Shown: piece by piece, positions 18,030 through 27,946 of the stretch
How the letters are laid out: each line of letters opens with the position of its first letter
How positions within the stretch are numbered: the stretch's first letter is position 1
Assembly: GCA_044352805.1 (NCBI GenBank)
Contig: JBILDB010000001.1
Span: 1-40,208 of the forward strand
Origin: Cyanobium sp.
GTDB lineage: Bacteria > Cyanobacteriota > Cyanobacteriia > PCC-6307 > Cyanobiaceae
Reading direction: 5' to 3'
Length of the DNA stretch: 40,208 bases
The notes under the pieces: model-generated
Databases searched by the model: none
Told to the model about the DNA's origin: nothing
Seen by the model: only the letters and a program-made list of their open reading frames with translations
Position numbers and translations under genes: made by a program

Positions 18030-19447
18030 CGATACTTCTTCTGCTGATCCTGTTTTCGGGACTTACTTTATCTCTGCTTAGCGATGATTGGAAGACTGGA
18101 ATCTTATGGATGATTGTAATTGGTTTTTGTCAAGACCCTATCCGTAAGTTGACCCCGGGTCAGCCCAGCTTGATGGTCGGGCTAGTGCTAATTGCATTTT
18201 TGATGTGTGTTTTATTTATTTATCAACAGCGTGGTCGGCTTGATCTTAGATATCTTTTTTGGACTTCTCCCCAACTTTTGGACCTTGTTCCACCTTTTGT
18301 TATTTTATTATTAGCTCAATCTGCAAACTCACTGGCGCGATTTGGTAGTCCTAGCCTTGTCGCTATTGGGCTATCTTTCTATGTAGCTCCTGCGATTGCA
18401 CTGTGGGTGGGATTTCACATAGGCCGTGATTTGCCTTTTTTGCGTAGAATTATCATTGTCTATTTAATTTTGAGTTCCATTTTTGCTCTTACTGTTTTAC
18501 TTGATTTTCGTGGGGTTGATATTCCGGCTTTTGAAGAGGTGGGCGCGGGTATTTTGATTACTTTTGAAGGTGGGTCTAAGTCTGGTGCTTCGGGGCTGTG
18601 GCGAACTAGCGAAATTGCTTCTTGGCACTTAGCGACTGCAGCTTGTTTCTGTATTATCTTAACCTTTTCGGATCGCAATGTTGGCTGGCAGATACTTTAT
18701 ATATCTATAGCTGTTGTTTTTGCCGTACTTTCTGTTACGACCGGTCGCCGTAAGTCCCAGGTGTTAATTATTGCATTTCTTGGAATTTACCTGTTGATTT
18801 TCAGCCGTCAAGCAAGCCCTGCATCGCGCGAGAGAATCATTATGTCAGTTTTGGGAGGGGCTGGAATTTCCTTTGCTATTGTTTCAATGCTGTTATTAGA
18901 TATGCTTGGTTCAAATTTTGATATTTTTCTCGATCGTGCCACCACCTCTGCGGATGGAATTGGAGAACGTGTTCAGTCTCAGGGTCTGTCTGCACTGCTG
19001 AGAGGTTTTGAAGTGGGCGGTGGACTTGGTTTGGGCTTGGGGGCAGGAACAAACCTAGGTAATTTCAATGCTGGTGCCGACCGTTCCGCCATACGAAGTT
19101 TAGGGTTTGTCGCCGAAGGGGGAGGGGGAAGATTAGTCGTAGAGCTTGGTATTCCTGGAATCTTGCTCATAGGCTGGATTCTTCTTGTTTCTTTGCAAAT
19201 GTTGTGGCGCAATTTTAAGTTGATTAGTTTTCTGCCTTCTGAGGACATTGCCTTAATAACTGGTACTCTATCATTTGGACTTGCCAATATTGTTTTCTTC
19301 TTTTCTGCGGCTCAGTTATATACCGATCCCTTTGTGCTTATCGTTTTGGGCATTTCTGTTGGCTCGATTTTGTCAGTTCCAGTTCTTGTTTACAGTAGAA
19401 TGCAACAGCAAAAGTCAAATCCCATTTTGGCTAGGGGGTTTCCTTGA
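18026..19447 (+). CDS. Polytopic membrane protein, Wzy polymerase / O-antigen-ligase-like
   Basis: About 11 hydrophobic segments, plus TGRRKS, Gly-rich GLGLGAG and EGG...ELGIPG elements typical of the Wzy_C/ligase superfamily. Embedded in the GT run. Confidence 0.65.
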   Translation: MTILLLLILFSGLTLSLLSDDWKTGILWMIVIGFCQDPIRKLTPGQPSLMVGLVLIAFLMCVLFIYQQRGRLDLRYLFWTSPQLLDLVPPFVILLLAQSANSLARFGSPSLVAIGLSFYVAPAIALWVGFHIGRDLPFLRRIIIVYLILSSIFALTVLLDFRGVDIPAFEEVGAGILITFEGGSKSGASGLWRTSEIASWHLATAACFCIILTFSDRNVGWQILYISIAVVFAVLSVTTGRRKSQVLIIAFLGIYLLIFSRQASPASRERIIMSVLGGAGISFAIVSMLLLDMLGSNFDIFLDRATTSADGIGERVQSQGLSALLRGFEVGGGLGLGLGAGTNLGNFNAGADRSAIRSLGFVAEGGGGRLVVELGIPGILLIGWILLVSLQMLWRNFKLISFLPSEDIALITGTLSFGLANIVFFFSAAQLYTDPFVLIVLGISVGSILSVPVLVYSRMQQQKSNPILARGFP

Positions 19448-20301
19448 GCGATTATTTTAATTCAACTAAGTCAGAAGCTACTCTCCGCTTGACGGCTTTG
19501 TTGCTTACTTACAATGAAGAGGCTAATATCGAGCGTACATTGGCTGCGCTCCAATGGGTTCCAAATATTTTCGTTATCGATAGCGGAAGCACAGACCGTA
19601 CTCTAGAGATACTGGCATCTGATCCGAAGGTAACTACCCTGCACCGTCCCTTTGACAGTTTTGCTGACCAGTGCAACTTCGGTCTTGATCTAATCAAGTC
19701 TGAATGGGTGCTTAGTCTCGATGCTGATTATGTTGTCACCCCGGCCCTTGCCGAAGAAATCTGTACTTGCTTTCGTACACCCGAGCCTTTGCTTTTTTCT
19801 GGTTTCTCAATCCCCTTCCGTTATTGCATTGCCGGCAAACCATTGCGTGGAACTTTGTTGCCGCCTCGCATTTGTCTGTATCGAACTGCTGGGGCCAGAT
19901 ATCGCAATGATGGCCATGGTCATCGGGTCGATGTGCCTGGCAAGGTCGGGCGCCTGCATTACCCCATTCTTCACGATGACCGCAAGCCCTTGGAAAGGTG
20001 GCTGGCTTCCCAATTGCGCTACTTAGCCATTGAGTCACTAAAACTTCAGGCCACCCCCTTGAGCCAACTGTCCATCGCGGACCGTTTGCGCTTGAAAACG
20101 CCACTCGCTCCTCTGGCCGCCTTGGTGCTGTGTCTTTTCGTGAATGGAGGCATTCTGGATGGCTGGCAAGGCTGGACCTATGCCTTTCAACGTTGCTATG
20201 CCGAAATTCTGCTCAAGCTGATGCTGTTGGAGACCAGGGCCAGACGCCGAGATCCAGATCCCAAGGTTTTCGATCAACCCAACCGTTTACGCTCTCCCTG
20301 A
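19444..20301 (+). CDS. Glycosyltransferase family 2 (WaaE/KdtX-like beta-glycosyltransferase)
   Basis: Motifs LTYNEEANI, IDSGSTDRT, FADQCNFG, WVLSLDADY and GILDGWQG. Confidence 0.9.
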   Translation: MSDYFNSTKSEATLRLTALLLTYNEEANIERTLAALQWVPNIFVIDSGSTDRTLEILASDPKVTTLHRPFDSFADQCNFGLDLIKSEWVLSLDADYVVTPALAEEICTCFRTPEPLLFSGFSIPFRYCIAGKPLRGTLLPPRICLYRTAGARYRNDGHGHRVDVPGKVGRLHYPILHDDRKPLERWLASQLRYLAIESLKLQATPLSQLSIADRLRLKTPLAPLAALVLCLFVNGGILDGWQGWTYAFQRCYAEILLKLMLLETRARRRDPDPKVFDQPNRLRSP

Positions 20302-20307
20302 TTCCAC

Positions 20308-20329
20308 GATCAGGGTGTCAATCCTGATC
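20308..20329 (+). other. Intergenic stem-loop (GATCAGG-N8-CCTGATC)
   Basis: Perfect 7-bp inverted repeat 7 nt after the stop at 20301. There is no U-tract, so it is more likely an mRNA stability or processing element than a terminator. Confidence 0.35.
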
Positions 20330-20370
20330 TGGTCCCAATCTCCTTCTCCCCCGTCCTTCGTAACTGATCG

Positions 20371-21405
20371 ATGCCTTCGATCCTGATCACTGGCGGCGCC
20401 GGCTTCATCGGTGTCAACTCTGCCCTCCATTTCGCTGCCCTGGGTTGGGATGTGACCGTCCTCGATAATCTCTCCCGCCGAGGCACGGACCAGAACCTGC
20501 AATGGCTTCTCGCCCAACATCCCGCCATAGGCTTCCATCGCGTCGACATCCGCGATTCAGAAGCCATCGCCACTGTGGTGAGAGAGATGCAGCCATCCAT
20601 GCTTCTGCACCTAGCTGCCCAGGTTGCGGTGACCACGTCCTACACCGATCCGCGCGAAGATTTTGAGATAAATGCTCTCGGCAGTTTTAACGTTATGGAG
20701 GCTATCCGTCTCCATGCCCCAGAGTGCTTTGTTTTGTACGCCTCGACCAACAAGGTTTATGGTGGCATGGAATCTGTGGCTGTCCAACTCGGAGAGCATG
20801 GTTATGTTTTCCGGGACTTGCCCCTAGGCGTTCCAGAGACCCAGCCTCTTGATTTTCATTCGCCCTACGGTTGTTCGAAGGGAGTTGCTGATCAATACAC
20901 TATTGATTACGCCCGTATTTACGACCTACGAACCTGTGCATTTCGCCAGTCGTGTATTTACGGGCAACGCCAGTTCGGAATTGAGGATCAGGGTTGGGTG
21001 GCTTGGTTCAGCATTGCCTCCCTACTTGATCGTCCAATTACGTTGTATGGTGATGGCTGGCAGACGCGGGACGTTCTTAACGTCAGGGATTTAGCCCGTG
21101 CTTATGAAGCCGCTTGGGACCATCAAGCAGAGGTCAGCGGCCAGGCATTTAATATTGGTGGCGGTCCTTCAAACACCCTGTGCCTTCGTGATTTGCTTAG
21201 CTTTTTGGAAGAAGAGCTCAAAATAAGCATCAATCCCCTTTCCGGTGCTTCCCGTCCTGGCGACCAGCCAGTCTTTGTTTGCGACATCCGCAAGGCCCAG
21301 GCCCAGCTCCATTGGAGTCCACAAATTGGTGTCAGTGACGGCGTTCGTGATTTGATTCGCTGGGTGCGTGACAACAGGGAGCTGTTTTCCTGGCTGAAAC
21401 CGTGA
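20371..21405 (+). CDS. CDP-paratose 2-epimerase (CDP-tyvelose epimerase)-like extended SDR
   Basis: Motifs ITGGAGFIG, HLAAQVAVTTS, STNKVYG, DFHSPYGCSKG, FRQSCIYG, EDQGWVAWF and RPGDQ. Confidence 0.85.
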   Translation: MPSILITGGAGFIGVNSALHFAALGWDVTVLDNLSRRGTDQNLQWLLAQHPAIGFHRVDIRDSEAIATVVREMQPSMLLHLAAQVAVTTSYTDPREDFEINALGSFNVMEAIRLHAPECFVLYASTNKVYGGMESVAVQLGEHGYVFRDLPLGVPETQPLDFHSPYGCSKGVADQYTIDYARIYDLRTCAFRQSCIYGQRQFGIEDQGWVAWFSIASLLDRPITLYGDGWQTRDVLNVRDLARAYEAAWDHQAEVSGQAFNIGGGPSNTLCLRDLLSFLEEELKISINPLSGASRPGDQPVFVCDIRKAQAQLHWSPQIGVSDGVRDLIRWVRDNRELFSWLKP

Positions 21406-22682
21406 TGCCCATCCTGGAGTCATACGCAGTGCAGACCAGCCCCAGAGAGCAGCAAACCCGCAACCCTGGTCGCCCCAAGGCCCTGATCAGCACCATCGAG
21501 CCCATTGATGGCGGGGTTCCCACCATGACCCTGTGCATGGCCCAAATTTTGATGGATCTCGGCATCGAGCCAGTGTTCGCCTGGTACGAACCCTGGAGCC
21601 GTCAGCCGTCCCTTTCTGTTCCCCTCCACGGCCTGCCTAGCGGTCGACAGCCCGGCCTTGTGCGTCGTTTGGTTTACGAAGGGCATCAAGGCCACGGACT
21701 CGGGGCCTGGTTGCCAGAGCTCGAATTCACTCACTATCTGCCTAGGCGCCATTGGCGCTCCTTGATCGACGGTTGCCGTTTTCATCTCAGTGTCACCGGC
21801 AACCCCCTCTGCGCAGCCCCCTATGCTCGACTGCGACTGCCCTTTCTAGCTTGGGTGGCGACGCCCTGGGAAGCTGACCGGAATCAAAGGGTGCGGGGGT
21901 TTTCTTTGCCGCGGCGCCTTCTGGATCGGGGGCTTAATGGTCCTGTGTTACGGCGCCTTGAACGCCAGATTCTGAGGGCGCCCGAGGGCCGCATCCTGGC
22001 CCTAAGTCCTTATACCTCCCGGGCCCTTGAAACAATTGCCGGCCGTCCGATGGCTGGAGTGCTTTTGATGCCGGTCGATCGCTCCATCTTTTCCCCGGCA
22101 CCGGACTGCGTTCAGCCTTGGAAGGTAGGTTTCGCGGGCCGCTATGCCGACCCCCGCAAGAACATCGAACTCCTCCTAGATGCTGTCCAGATTTTGGTGG
22201 CCGCTGGGCGTCCCGTTCAACTCGATTTGGTTGGTGAGATGGATACGACCGTACTGCAGATGCATCTTCAGCAAAGAGGTCTGGCCGATATCACCCGTTG
22301 TCTGCCCACGTTGAATCGCCACGATTTGGCGCAAGTGATGCGAGGTTTTGATGTGTTCGTCATTCCCTCACACCAAGAGGGTCTATGCATCGCCGCCCTT
22401 GAAGCCATGGCCTGTGGCGTTCCCGTGATCAGCACCCGCTGCGGCGGTCCAGAGGATTATGTGAGGCCTGGAGTTAATGGAGATCTGGTGGACAGTGACC
22501 CCGTGTCCATGGCGGCGGCGATCACCTCGATGTGTCTAGATCGCGCCCATCGCCAGGCCTGTGGAGCGGCGGCGGCTGTCTGGATTGAATCCAATGCCAG
22601 CTTCAATGCTGCACGTCAAATTGTGCGCGAGCAGTTAGCCGCCATGGACCCCAGTTTTTTCACCGCCTCGGGGGCCGCCTAA
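21402..22682 (+). CDS. Glycosyltransferase family 4
   Basis: Motifs GGVPTM, FAGRYADPRKN and SHQEGLCIAALEAMACGVPVISTRCGGPE. Start is GTG 21402 or ATG 21405. Confidence 0.9.
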   Translation: MMPILESYAVQTSPREQQTRNPGRPKALISTIEPIDGGVPTMTLCMAQILMDLGIEPVFAWYEPWSRQPSLSVPLHGLPSGRQPGLVRRLVYEGHQGHGLGAWLPELEFTHYLPRRHWRSLIDGCRFHLSVTGNPLCAAPYARLRLPFLAWVATPWEADRNQRVRGFSLPRRLLDRGLNGPVLRRLERQILRAPEGRILALSPYTSRALETIAGRPMAGVLLMPVDRSIFSPAPDCVQPWKVGFAGRYADPRKNIELLLDAVQILVAAGRPVQLDLVGEMDTTVLQMHLQQRGLADITRCLPTLNRHDLAQVMRGFDVFVIPSHQEGLCIAALEAMACGVPVISTRCGGPEDYVRPGVNGDLVDSDPVSMAAAITSMCLDRAHRQACGAAAAVWIESNASFNAARQIVREQLAAMDPSFFTASGAA

Positions 22683-24485
22683 ATGTGCGGCATTGCCGGA
22701 TTATTAGGCCGTTCTGCCGATGGCTTTGTCGAACGGGTTCGCCCACACCTCGACCATCGAGGTCCCGATGACTCTGGACTTTGGCGTGACGGTTCCGCCT
22801 GTTTAGTCCACACTCGACTAGCCATACTTGACCTCTCTGCGGCTGGTCACCAGCCCATGGCGTCTACCTGCGGCCGATGGTGGTTGGTCTTCAACGGCGA
22901 GATCTACAACCATCAAGAGTTGCGCCAGCGACTCCTGAAATTGGGTGAGCGTTTCCATGGCAATGGAGATACGGAGGTCCTGCTGGCCTGGATGATTCGC
23001 TACGGAATCGAGGGTCTGCGCGATCTGAGGGGCATGTATGCCTTCTGTCTCTACGACACCCTGGAGCGCCGTGCCGTGCTGGCCAGGGATCCCCATGGCA
23101 TCAAACCGCTTTATTACTGGCACGGGCCTTCGGGCGAACTGGTTTTTGCTTCAGAACTGCGGGCCCTTCTAGCCAGTGATTTGATGCCCTGCCGCCTCGA
23201 TCAGGCTGCTCTGGCCGGGTTCCTCAGTGCTGGTTCTGTCGCGGAACCTGCCACCCTGGTGGAGGGGGTTTTTCGTCTGCCCGCAGGTGCCGTGGCCCAA
23301 TGGGATGCCGGTTCCTTGCGGATCCATTCCTACGGCCCATTGCCAGAAAGCCTGCCGGCTCCGCGTGGGGACTGGACCCAGGCTGGGGCTGGGGCGCTGG
23401 CCCGGTCCGCCTTGGAGGATTCCGTCGCCGCCCACATGGTCAGCGATGTCCGTGTTGGGCTTTTTCTCAGTGGGGGTCTTGATTCTGCTGCGATACTTGC
23501 CCTTGCTCCCCGCGGACTGCATACCTTCACTATCGGATTTGAAGATGCCGGCGCCGCCGGTTTCGATGAATCCGAGCCTGCGGCGCGCATTTCTTCCCAT
23601 TTCGGTGGTGTGCACACGCTTCTTAAGCTTTCTGCCAGTCAGGCGAGGGATTGGTTGCCCGAATTCTTGGCCAGTCAGGATCAACCTTCTCTTGATGGCT
23701 ACAACACCTGGTGTGTTTCCCGTCTCGCCCATGAGCAGGGGTTGAAGGTGGCCCTATCCGGCCTTGGTGGCGATGAATTGTTTGGGGGATATCCCAGTTT
23801 TCGGATGGTTCCCCGCCTGCGGCGTTGGCGCCGTCGCCTCGGCCCTGCTGGCCCGGTGGGGGCGGCGGTGATGCGTCACGGGCCTGGCGGCCATCAACAC
23901 CGGCGCCAACGCCTGGCGGACTTGCTGGAGTCACCTGCGTCCATGGCTCGTGCCTATCGCTGTGTGCGGTCCCTTTTCACCTCGCGGGAAGTCAACCAGT
24001 TATTGACCCATTGGGGTCTCCAGTCTGAGAGTGCCGGTGTGGGGACTGCTCTGCAGGAGCCTCCACCAGGTTCCGATCGTGATGAAGTGGCCTGGCTCGA
24101 GGGCACTCGCTACCTTCGCAACCAGCTTCTACCCGACAGCGATGTCATGGCGATGGCAGCTGCCCTGGAACTACGGCTTCCCTTTGTCGATGCCCGTCTT
24201 CAGACTGCCCTGGCTCCCATTCCCGCCTCGCTGCGGTTAGCCCCCGGCAAGGGCCTCCTGCAGCAAGCCGTGCCGGAATTGCCCGAGTGGTTCAGGCAGC
24301 GGCCCAAACAGGGTTTCCGCTTCCCGTTTCAGTTATGGCTCGATGACCCATCATCCCGGCTTACTCTGCGCCTGCCAGGTACCCCGGCCGGCCTGGACCT
24401 TGCCCCCTGGTACCGCCGCTGGAGCCTGATGGTTCTCGAGCAGTGGCTCCGCCAACACCTTGCGATCGAACTGCCCTTGTCATGA
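22683..24485 (+). CDS. asnB: Asparagine synthase (glutamine-hydrolysing)-family amidotransferase, probably polysaccharide-amidating
   Basis: Motifs MCGIAG, HRGPD, HTRLAILDL, FNGEIYN, RDPHGIKPLY, FLSGGLDS, SGLGGDELFGGY and RPKQGF. Confidence 0.93.
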   Translation: MCGIAGLLGRSADGFVERVRPHLDHRGPDDSGLWRDGSACLVHTRLAILDLSAAGHQPMASTCGRWWLVFNGEIYNHQELRQRLLKLGERFHGNGDTEVLLAWMIRYGIEGLRDLRGMYAFCLYDTLERRAVLARDPHGIKPLYYWHGPSGELVFASELRALLASDLMPCRLDQAALAGFLSAGSVAEPATLVEGVFRLPAGAVAQWDAGSLRIHSYGPLPESLPAPRGDWTQAGAGALARSALEDSVAAHMVSDVRVGLFLSGGLDSAAILALAPRGLHTFTIGFEDAGAAGFDESEPAARISSHFGGVHTLLKLSASQARDWLPEFLASQDQPSLDGYNTWCVSRLAHEQGLKVALSGLGGDELFGGYPSFRMVPRLRRWRRRLGPAGPVGAAVMRHGPGGHQHRRQRLADLLESPASMARAYRCVRSLFTSREVNQLLTHWGLQSESAGVGTALQEPPPGSDRDEVAWLEGTRYLRNQLLPDSDVMAMAAALELRLPFVDARLQTALAPIPASLRLAPGKGLLQQAVPELPEWFRQRPKQGFRFPFQLWLDDPSSRLTLRLPGTPAGLDLAPWYRRWSLMVLEQWLRQHLAIELPLS

Positions 24486-26236
24486 CCCTGATTCTCGGCA
24501 TTAATGCTTTCCACGCCGACGCCGCCGCTGCTTTGATCCGTGATGGCGAGATCCTTGGCGCTGCTGAGGAGGAGCGCTTTCGTCGTATTAAACATTGGGC
24601 GGGCTTTCCCAGTGAGGCCATCCGTTGGTGTTTGGAGGATGGGGGTGTGCGCTTTGAAGATTTAGATCACATCGCCATCAATTCCTTCCCAGGTGCCCAT
24701 CGTTGGCGCAAGATCGCTTACACGTTGGCCAGCCGTCCCGATCCTCGGTTTCTCTGGAGCCGCTGGCGCAATAAACGGGAACGGTCGGGTCTGGCCCAGC
24801 AACTCGCCACCGCATTTCCCGGTCAGCCATTGCGAGCCGAGCTCCATTTTGTCGAACATCACCGCGCCCATCTGGCTTCTGCCTATTTCGCCTCGTCTTT
24901 TCAGGAGGCCGCTGTGGTGTCTGTAGACGGTTTCGGAGATTTCGCTAGCGGGGCCTGGGGTTATGGCAAAGGAACTGAGTTAACCATTGACGGTCAGATT
25001 TATTTTCCCCATTCTTTGGGTGCTTTTTATACGGCAATCACCCAGTTTCTAGGCTTTCCCCATTATGGTGATGAATACAAGGTCATGGGTCTTGCCCCCT
25101 ATGGCCAGCCCAGTTGGCTTCCTCAGATGAGGAAGTTGGTGAGGTTGCAGGAAGATGGTACCTACAACCTCGATCTGACCTACTTCCAGCATGCTGGCCA
25201 GAATTTGCCTCACCAATGGAGCCACGGCATCCCCGAGGTGGGCCGCCATTGGAGTCCTGCTTTGGAGAATCTGCTGGGACCGGCGCGTAGATCGGACGAG
25301 CCCCTCGATCAACGCCATAAGGACATCGCCCGATCGGCGCAAGCGATGTACGAAGAAGCGTTTTTCCACCTCCTGCGTTCGCTGCATCGTCTCCATCCCA
25401 GTGACAACCTTTGTATAGCCGGTGGTTGTGGGGCCAATTCGGTGGCCAATGGCAAGGTGACCGTGGGCACCCCCTTTCGCCATGTCTACGTGCAGGCAGC
25501 AGCCGGGGACGCAGGCGGCGCCTTGGGGGCGGCTCTTGAAGTATGGAACCGCCAGGGCCAAGTCTCCCGTAGTCGCCCTATGGCCACGGCCTACCTGGGC
25601 AGTCGCCCTACCCCAGGGGCCATCGAGACGCTGCTTGCGGAACCCGCCTCAAGTTCGGCCCTGGCAGCTGCGGGTTGTTCCATCCAGACTCTCTCGGATG
25701 GGCAGATTTGCTCAGCAGTGGCTGGCGCCATCAGTGAGGGACTCGTGATCGGCTGGTTCCAAGGCAGGATGGAATGGGGTCCTAGGGCCCTTGGTCACCG
25801 CTCGATCCTGGGGGATCCGCGCCGGGCCGACATGAAGGACATTCTCAATCTCAAGATAAAACGACGCGAGTCCTTTCGCCCCTTTGCCCCCTCGGTGCTT
25901 CGGGAAGCTGTTTCGGAATGGTTCAGTCTTGATGGCGATGTGCCTTTCATGATGCAGGTGTATCCGATTCGGGAGGACAAGCGTCCTCTAATCCCGGCTG
26001 TTACCCATGTCGATGGCACGGGGCGCTTGCAAACGGTGACCGAGGCTGATAATGGCCGTTATTATCGCTTGATTCGTGCTTTCCGTGATCTCACTGGAGT
26101 GCCGATGGTTCTGAACACTTCGTTCAATGAAAACGAACCGATTGTCTGTACCCCTTCCCAGGCTCTCGATTGTTTTCTGCGCACTAAAATGGATCTTCTC
26201 GTTCTCGATGATGTATTGATTCGCCGGCGCGGCTAA
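24482..26236 (+). CDS. Carbamoyltransferase, NodU/CmcH family
   Basis: Motifs ILGINAFHADAAA, EEERFRRIKH, VEHHRAH, DEYKVMGLAPYG, AGDAGGALG, GRMEWGPRALGHRS, KRRESFRPFAP and LNTSFNENEPIV. ATG 24482 (ATGA overlap). Confidence 0.93.
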   Translation: MTLILGINAFHADAAAALIRDGEILGAAEEERFRRIKHWAGFPSEAIRWCLEDGGVRFEDLDHIAINSFPGAHRWRKIAYTLASRPDPRFLWSRWRNKRERSGLAQQLATAFPGQPLRAELHFVEHHRAHLASAYFASSFQEAAVVSVDGFGDFASGAWGYGKGTELTIDGQIYFPHSLGAFYTAITQFLGFPHYGDEYKVMGLAPYGQPSWLPQMRKLVRLQEDGTYNLDLTYFQHAGQNLPHQWSHGIPEVGRHWSPALENLLGPARRSDEPLDQRHKDIARSAQAMYEEAFFHLLRSLHRLHPSDNLCIAGGCGANSVANGKVTVGTPFRHVYVQAAAGDAGGALGAALEVWNRQGQVSRSRPMATAYLGSRPTPGAIETLLAEPASSSALAAAGCSIQTLSDGQICSAVAGAISEGLVIGWFQGRMEWGPRALGHRSILGDPRRADMKDILNLKIKRRESFRPFAPSVLREAVSEWFSLDGDVPFMMQVYPIREDKRPLIPAVTHVDGTGRLQTVTEADNGRYYRLIRAFRDLTGVPMVLNTSFNENEPIVCTPSQALDCFLRTKMDLLVLDDVLIRRRG

Positions 26237-27057
26237 TGGCTTCGTCTGCCGGATTTCCCCCTACGTCGATTGTTGTCGTTGTACCCACACTCGATTCCTA
26301 TCTATTGCTACCGCGGCTGGTTGCCTCTCTGCAGCAACAAACTTGGCCGCATTGGAGCGTCATGTTCATTGATGGTCCCAGTCAACCTGCACACCGCCGC
26401 TGGATCGAGGATCTTTGTGCCCTTGATACCCGCTTTCAATGGCGGCCTCAGGATCCAACCGAGCCTGGCATCTTCGGTGCTATGAATCTAGGTTTCGCCC
26501 TGGCGACCAATTCGGAGACCTGGCTGTTGTTCTGGGGGAGTGATGACTGGGCCGCCTCTCCCCAGGTCTTCGAGAAGATGGTAAAAGTACTGCAGGCGGC
26601 CTGGAGTCGGGGCGGTGATCCTGATCTCTTGGTCGCGACAGGTCGCTATGTCAAGCCCACCGATGCTGTCGCCATAACCACGTCAACCCTGGGGCGTCGC
26701 AGTGTCTTTCGCTGGAGTCACTCCTTTCGCCGCTCCCTATTTCTCGGCTCCACGCCACCCCATCAAGCCAGCCTCATCGGTCCTGGGGCCCGTCAGTATC
26801 TTGCACGATATACGGCCGGCTTCCGGCTTTCCGCCGATCTTGATTACTTTCTCCAGCTTTCACGCTGGCCCAATCTTGAGGTCGAGTGCATCGACCTTGA
26901 ACTAGTCCATATGCAGTCGGGTGGGGTCAGCGGGCGCGAATCGCGAAGGCGTTTTCACGAGGTACGCCTTGCATATACCAGGGCATTTGGTTGGCTTTGG
27001 TGGCTGCCTTACGGATTGCGCTATGCCCAACGTTTAGGTAGCATTTTAAAACAATGA
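26236..27057 (+). CDS. Glycosyltransferase family 2 (WcaE-like)
   Basis: Motifs VVVPTLDS, IDGPS, GIFGAMNLG, FWGSDD, PPHQA, SADLDY and GGVSG. Confidence 0.88.
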   Translation: MASSAGFPPTSIVVVVPTLDSYLLLPRLVASLQQQTWPHWSVMFIDGPSQPAHRRWIEDLCALDTRFQWRPQDPTEPGIFGAMNLGFALATNSETWLLFWGSDDWAASPQVFEKMVKVLQAAWSRGGDPDLLVATGRYVKPTDAVAITTSTLGRRSVFRWSHSFRRSLFLGSTPPHQASLIGPGARQYLARYTAGFRLSADLDYFLQLSRWPNLEVECIDLELVHMQSGGVSGRESRRRFHEVRLAYTRAFGWLWWLPYGLRYAQRLGSILKQ

Positions 27058-27944
27058 GTGATGTTCTGCTCTTCGGCGCTACCAGCCCATCGGGTCTGGC
27101 TTTCCTTCAGGCAGCTGGATACCTGTCAGTCACAGTCGCCGGCCGGCGTCGGCCGCAATGCTTTGACGATGGGCCCTTCCAACTGTGTGATCTGCGGACA
27201 GCCGATTCCCTAGATCAACCCCTTGAAGGAATTTTGGTGAGTTTTGCCCCCCTATGGGAACTCGCCCCTTTCCTGGCCAGGTTGGCGGAGCAGCGCCCGG
27301 GGCAACTCGCCGGAGTCAGGGGTGTTGTTGCCTGTTCTTCCTCTTCGGTGATCACAAAACGTTTTGCCTTCAACCGCTACGATCGCGATTTAGTGCAGCG
27401 TCTGAGCGCTTCTCAGGATAGTTTGATCCGTACCTGTAAAGATCTGGGGCTGCCCTGCACGATTGTTGCACCGACCTTGATCTACGGCAGGGTCGGTGCC
27501 CATAGCGACCGCAACCTGAGTCAGCTGCTGCAATGGATGCGTAGATTTCCATTGTTGCCATTACCAGCCGACACCGGCTTACGCCAACCCATCCATGCCA
27601 GTCAGCTGGCAGCTGTGGTTCGAGCCCTCGTCATGGCTTTGAATAGCCAAACTGATGGAGCTCCGACGAGTGAGATAATCGCGGTAGGTGGAGATGACAC
27701 TCTTACCTATCACGAACTGCTGCTACGGCTTCAACAACAATGTGAAGCGTCTGATCGGGCTCGGGGCTGTCGACTAGTCTCTATCCCTAGCTGGCTGTTC
27801 CGTGTTTTGGCGGCTCCCCTGCTGCTGGCGGCGCCCAAAGGCTTCGAAGCTGTGATGCGGATGCAAGTTGATCTTGCCGGTTTCCTCCCTGCCCATCGAC
27901 TGGTTGGTGAGGATCCGCGATCTTTCCCAGTGCCGCCCGTTTAG
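27054..27944 (+). CDS. Atypical NAD-dependent epimerase/dehydratase (SDR)
   Basis: Degenerate Rossmann motif LLFGATSPSG, plus CSSSSV, APTLIYG and GLRQPIHA. Confidence 0.75.
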   Translation: MSDVLLFGATSPSGLAFLQAAGYLSVTVAGRRRPQCFDDGPFQLCDLRTADSLDQPLEGILVSFAPLWELAPFLARLAEQRPGQLAGVRGVVACSSSSVITKRFAFNRYDRDLVQRLSASQDSLIRTCKDLGLPCTIVAPTLIYGRVGAHSDRNLSQLLQWMRRFPLLPLPADTGLRQPIHASQLAAVVRALVMALNSQTDGAPTSEIIAVGGDDTLTYHELLLRLQQQCEASDRARGCRLVSIPSWLFRVLAAPLLLAAPKGFEAVMRMQVDLAGFLPAHRLVGEDPRSFPVPPV

Positions 27945-27946
27945 CG

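Noticed and set aside
22818-26019. Many 60-190 aa alternative-frame ORFs over asnB and the carbamoyltransferase
   Set aside because: These are expected from stop-codon scarcity in GC-rich coding DNA, and none has motifs.
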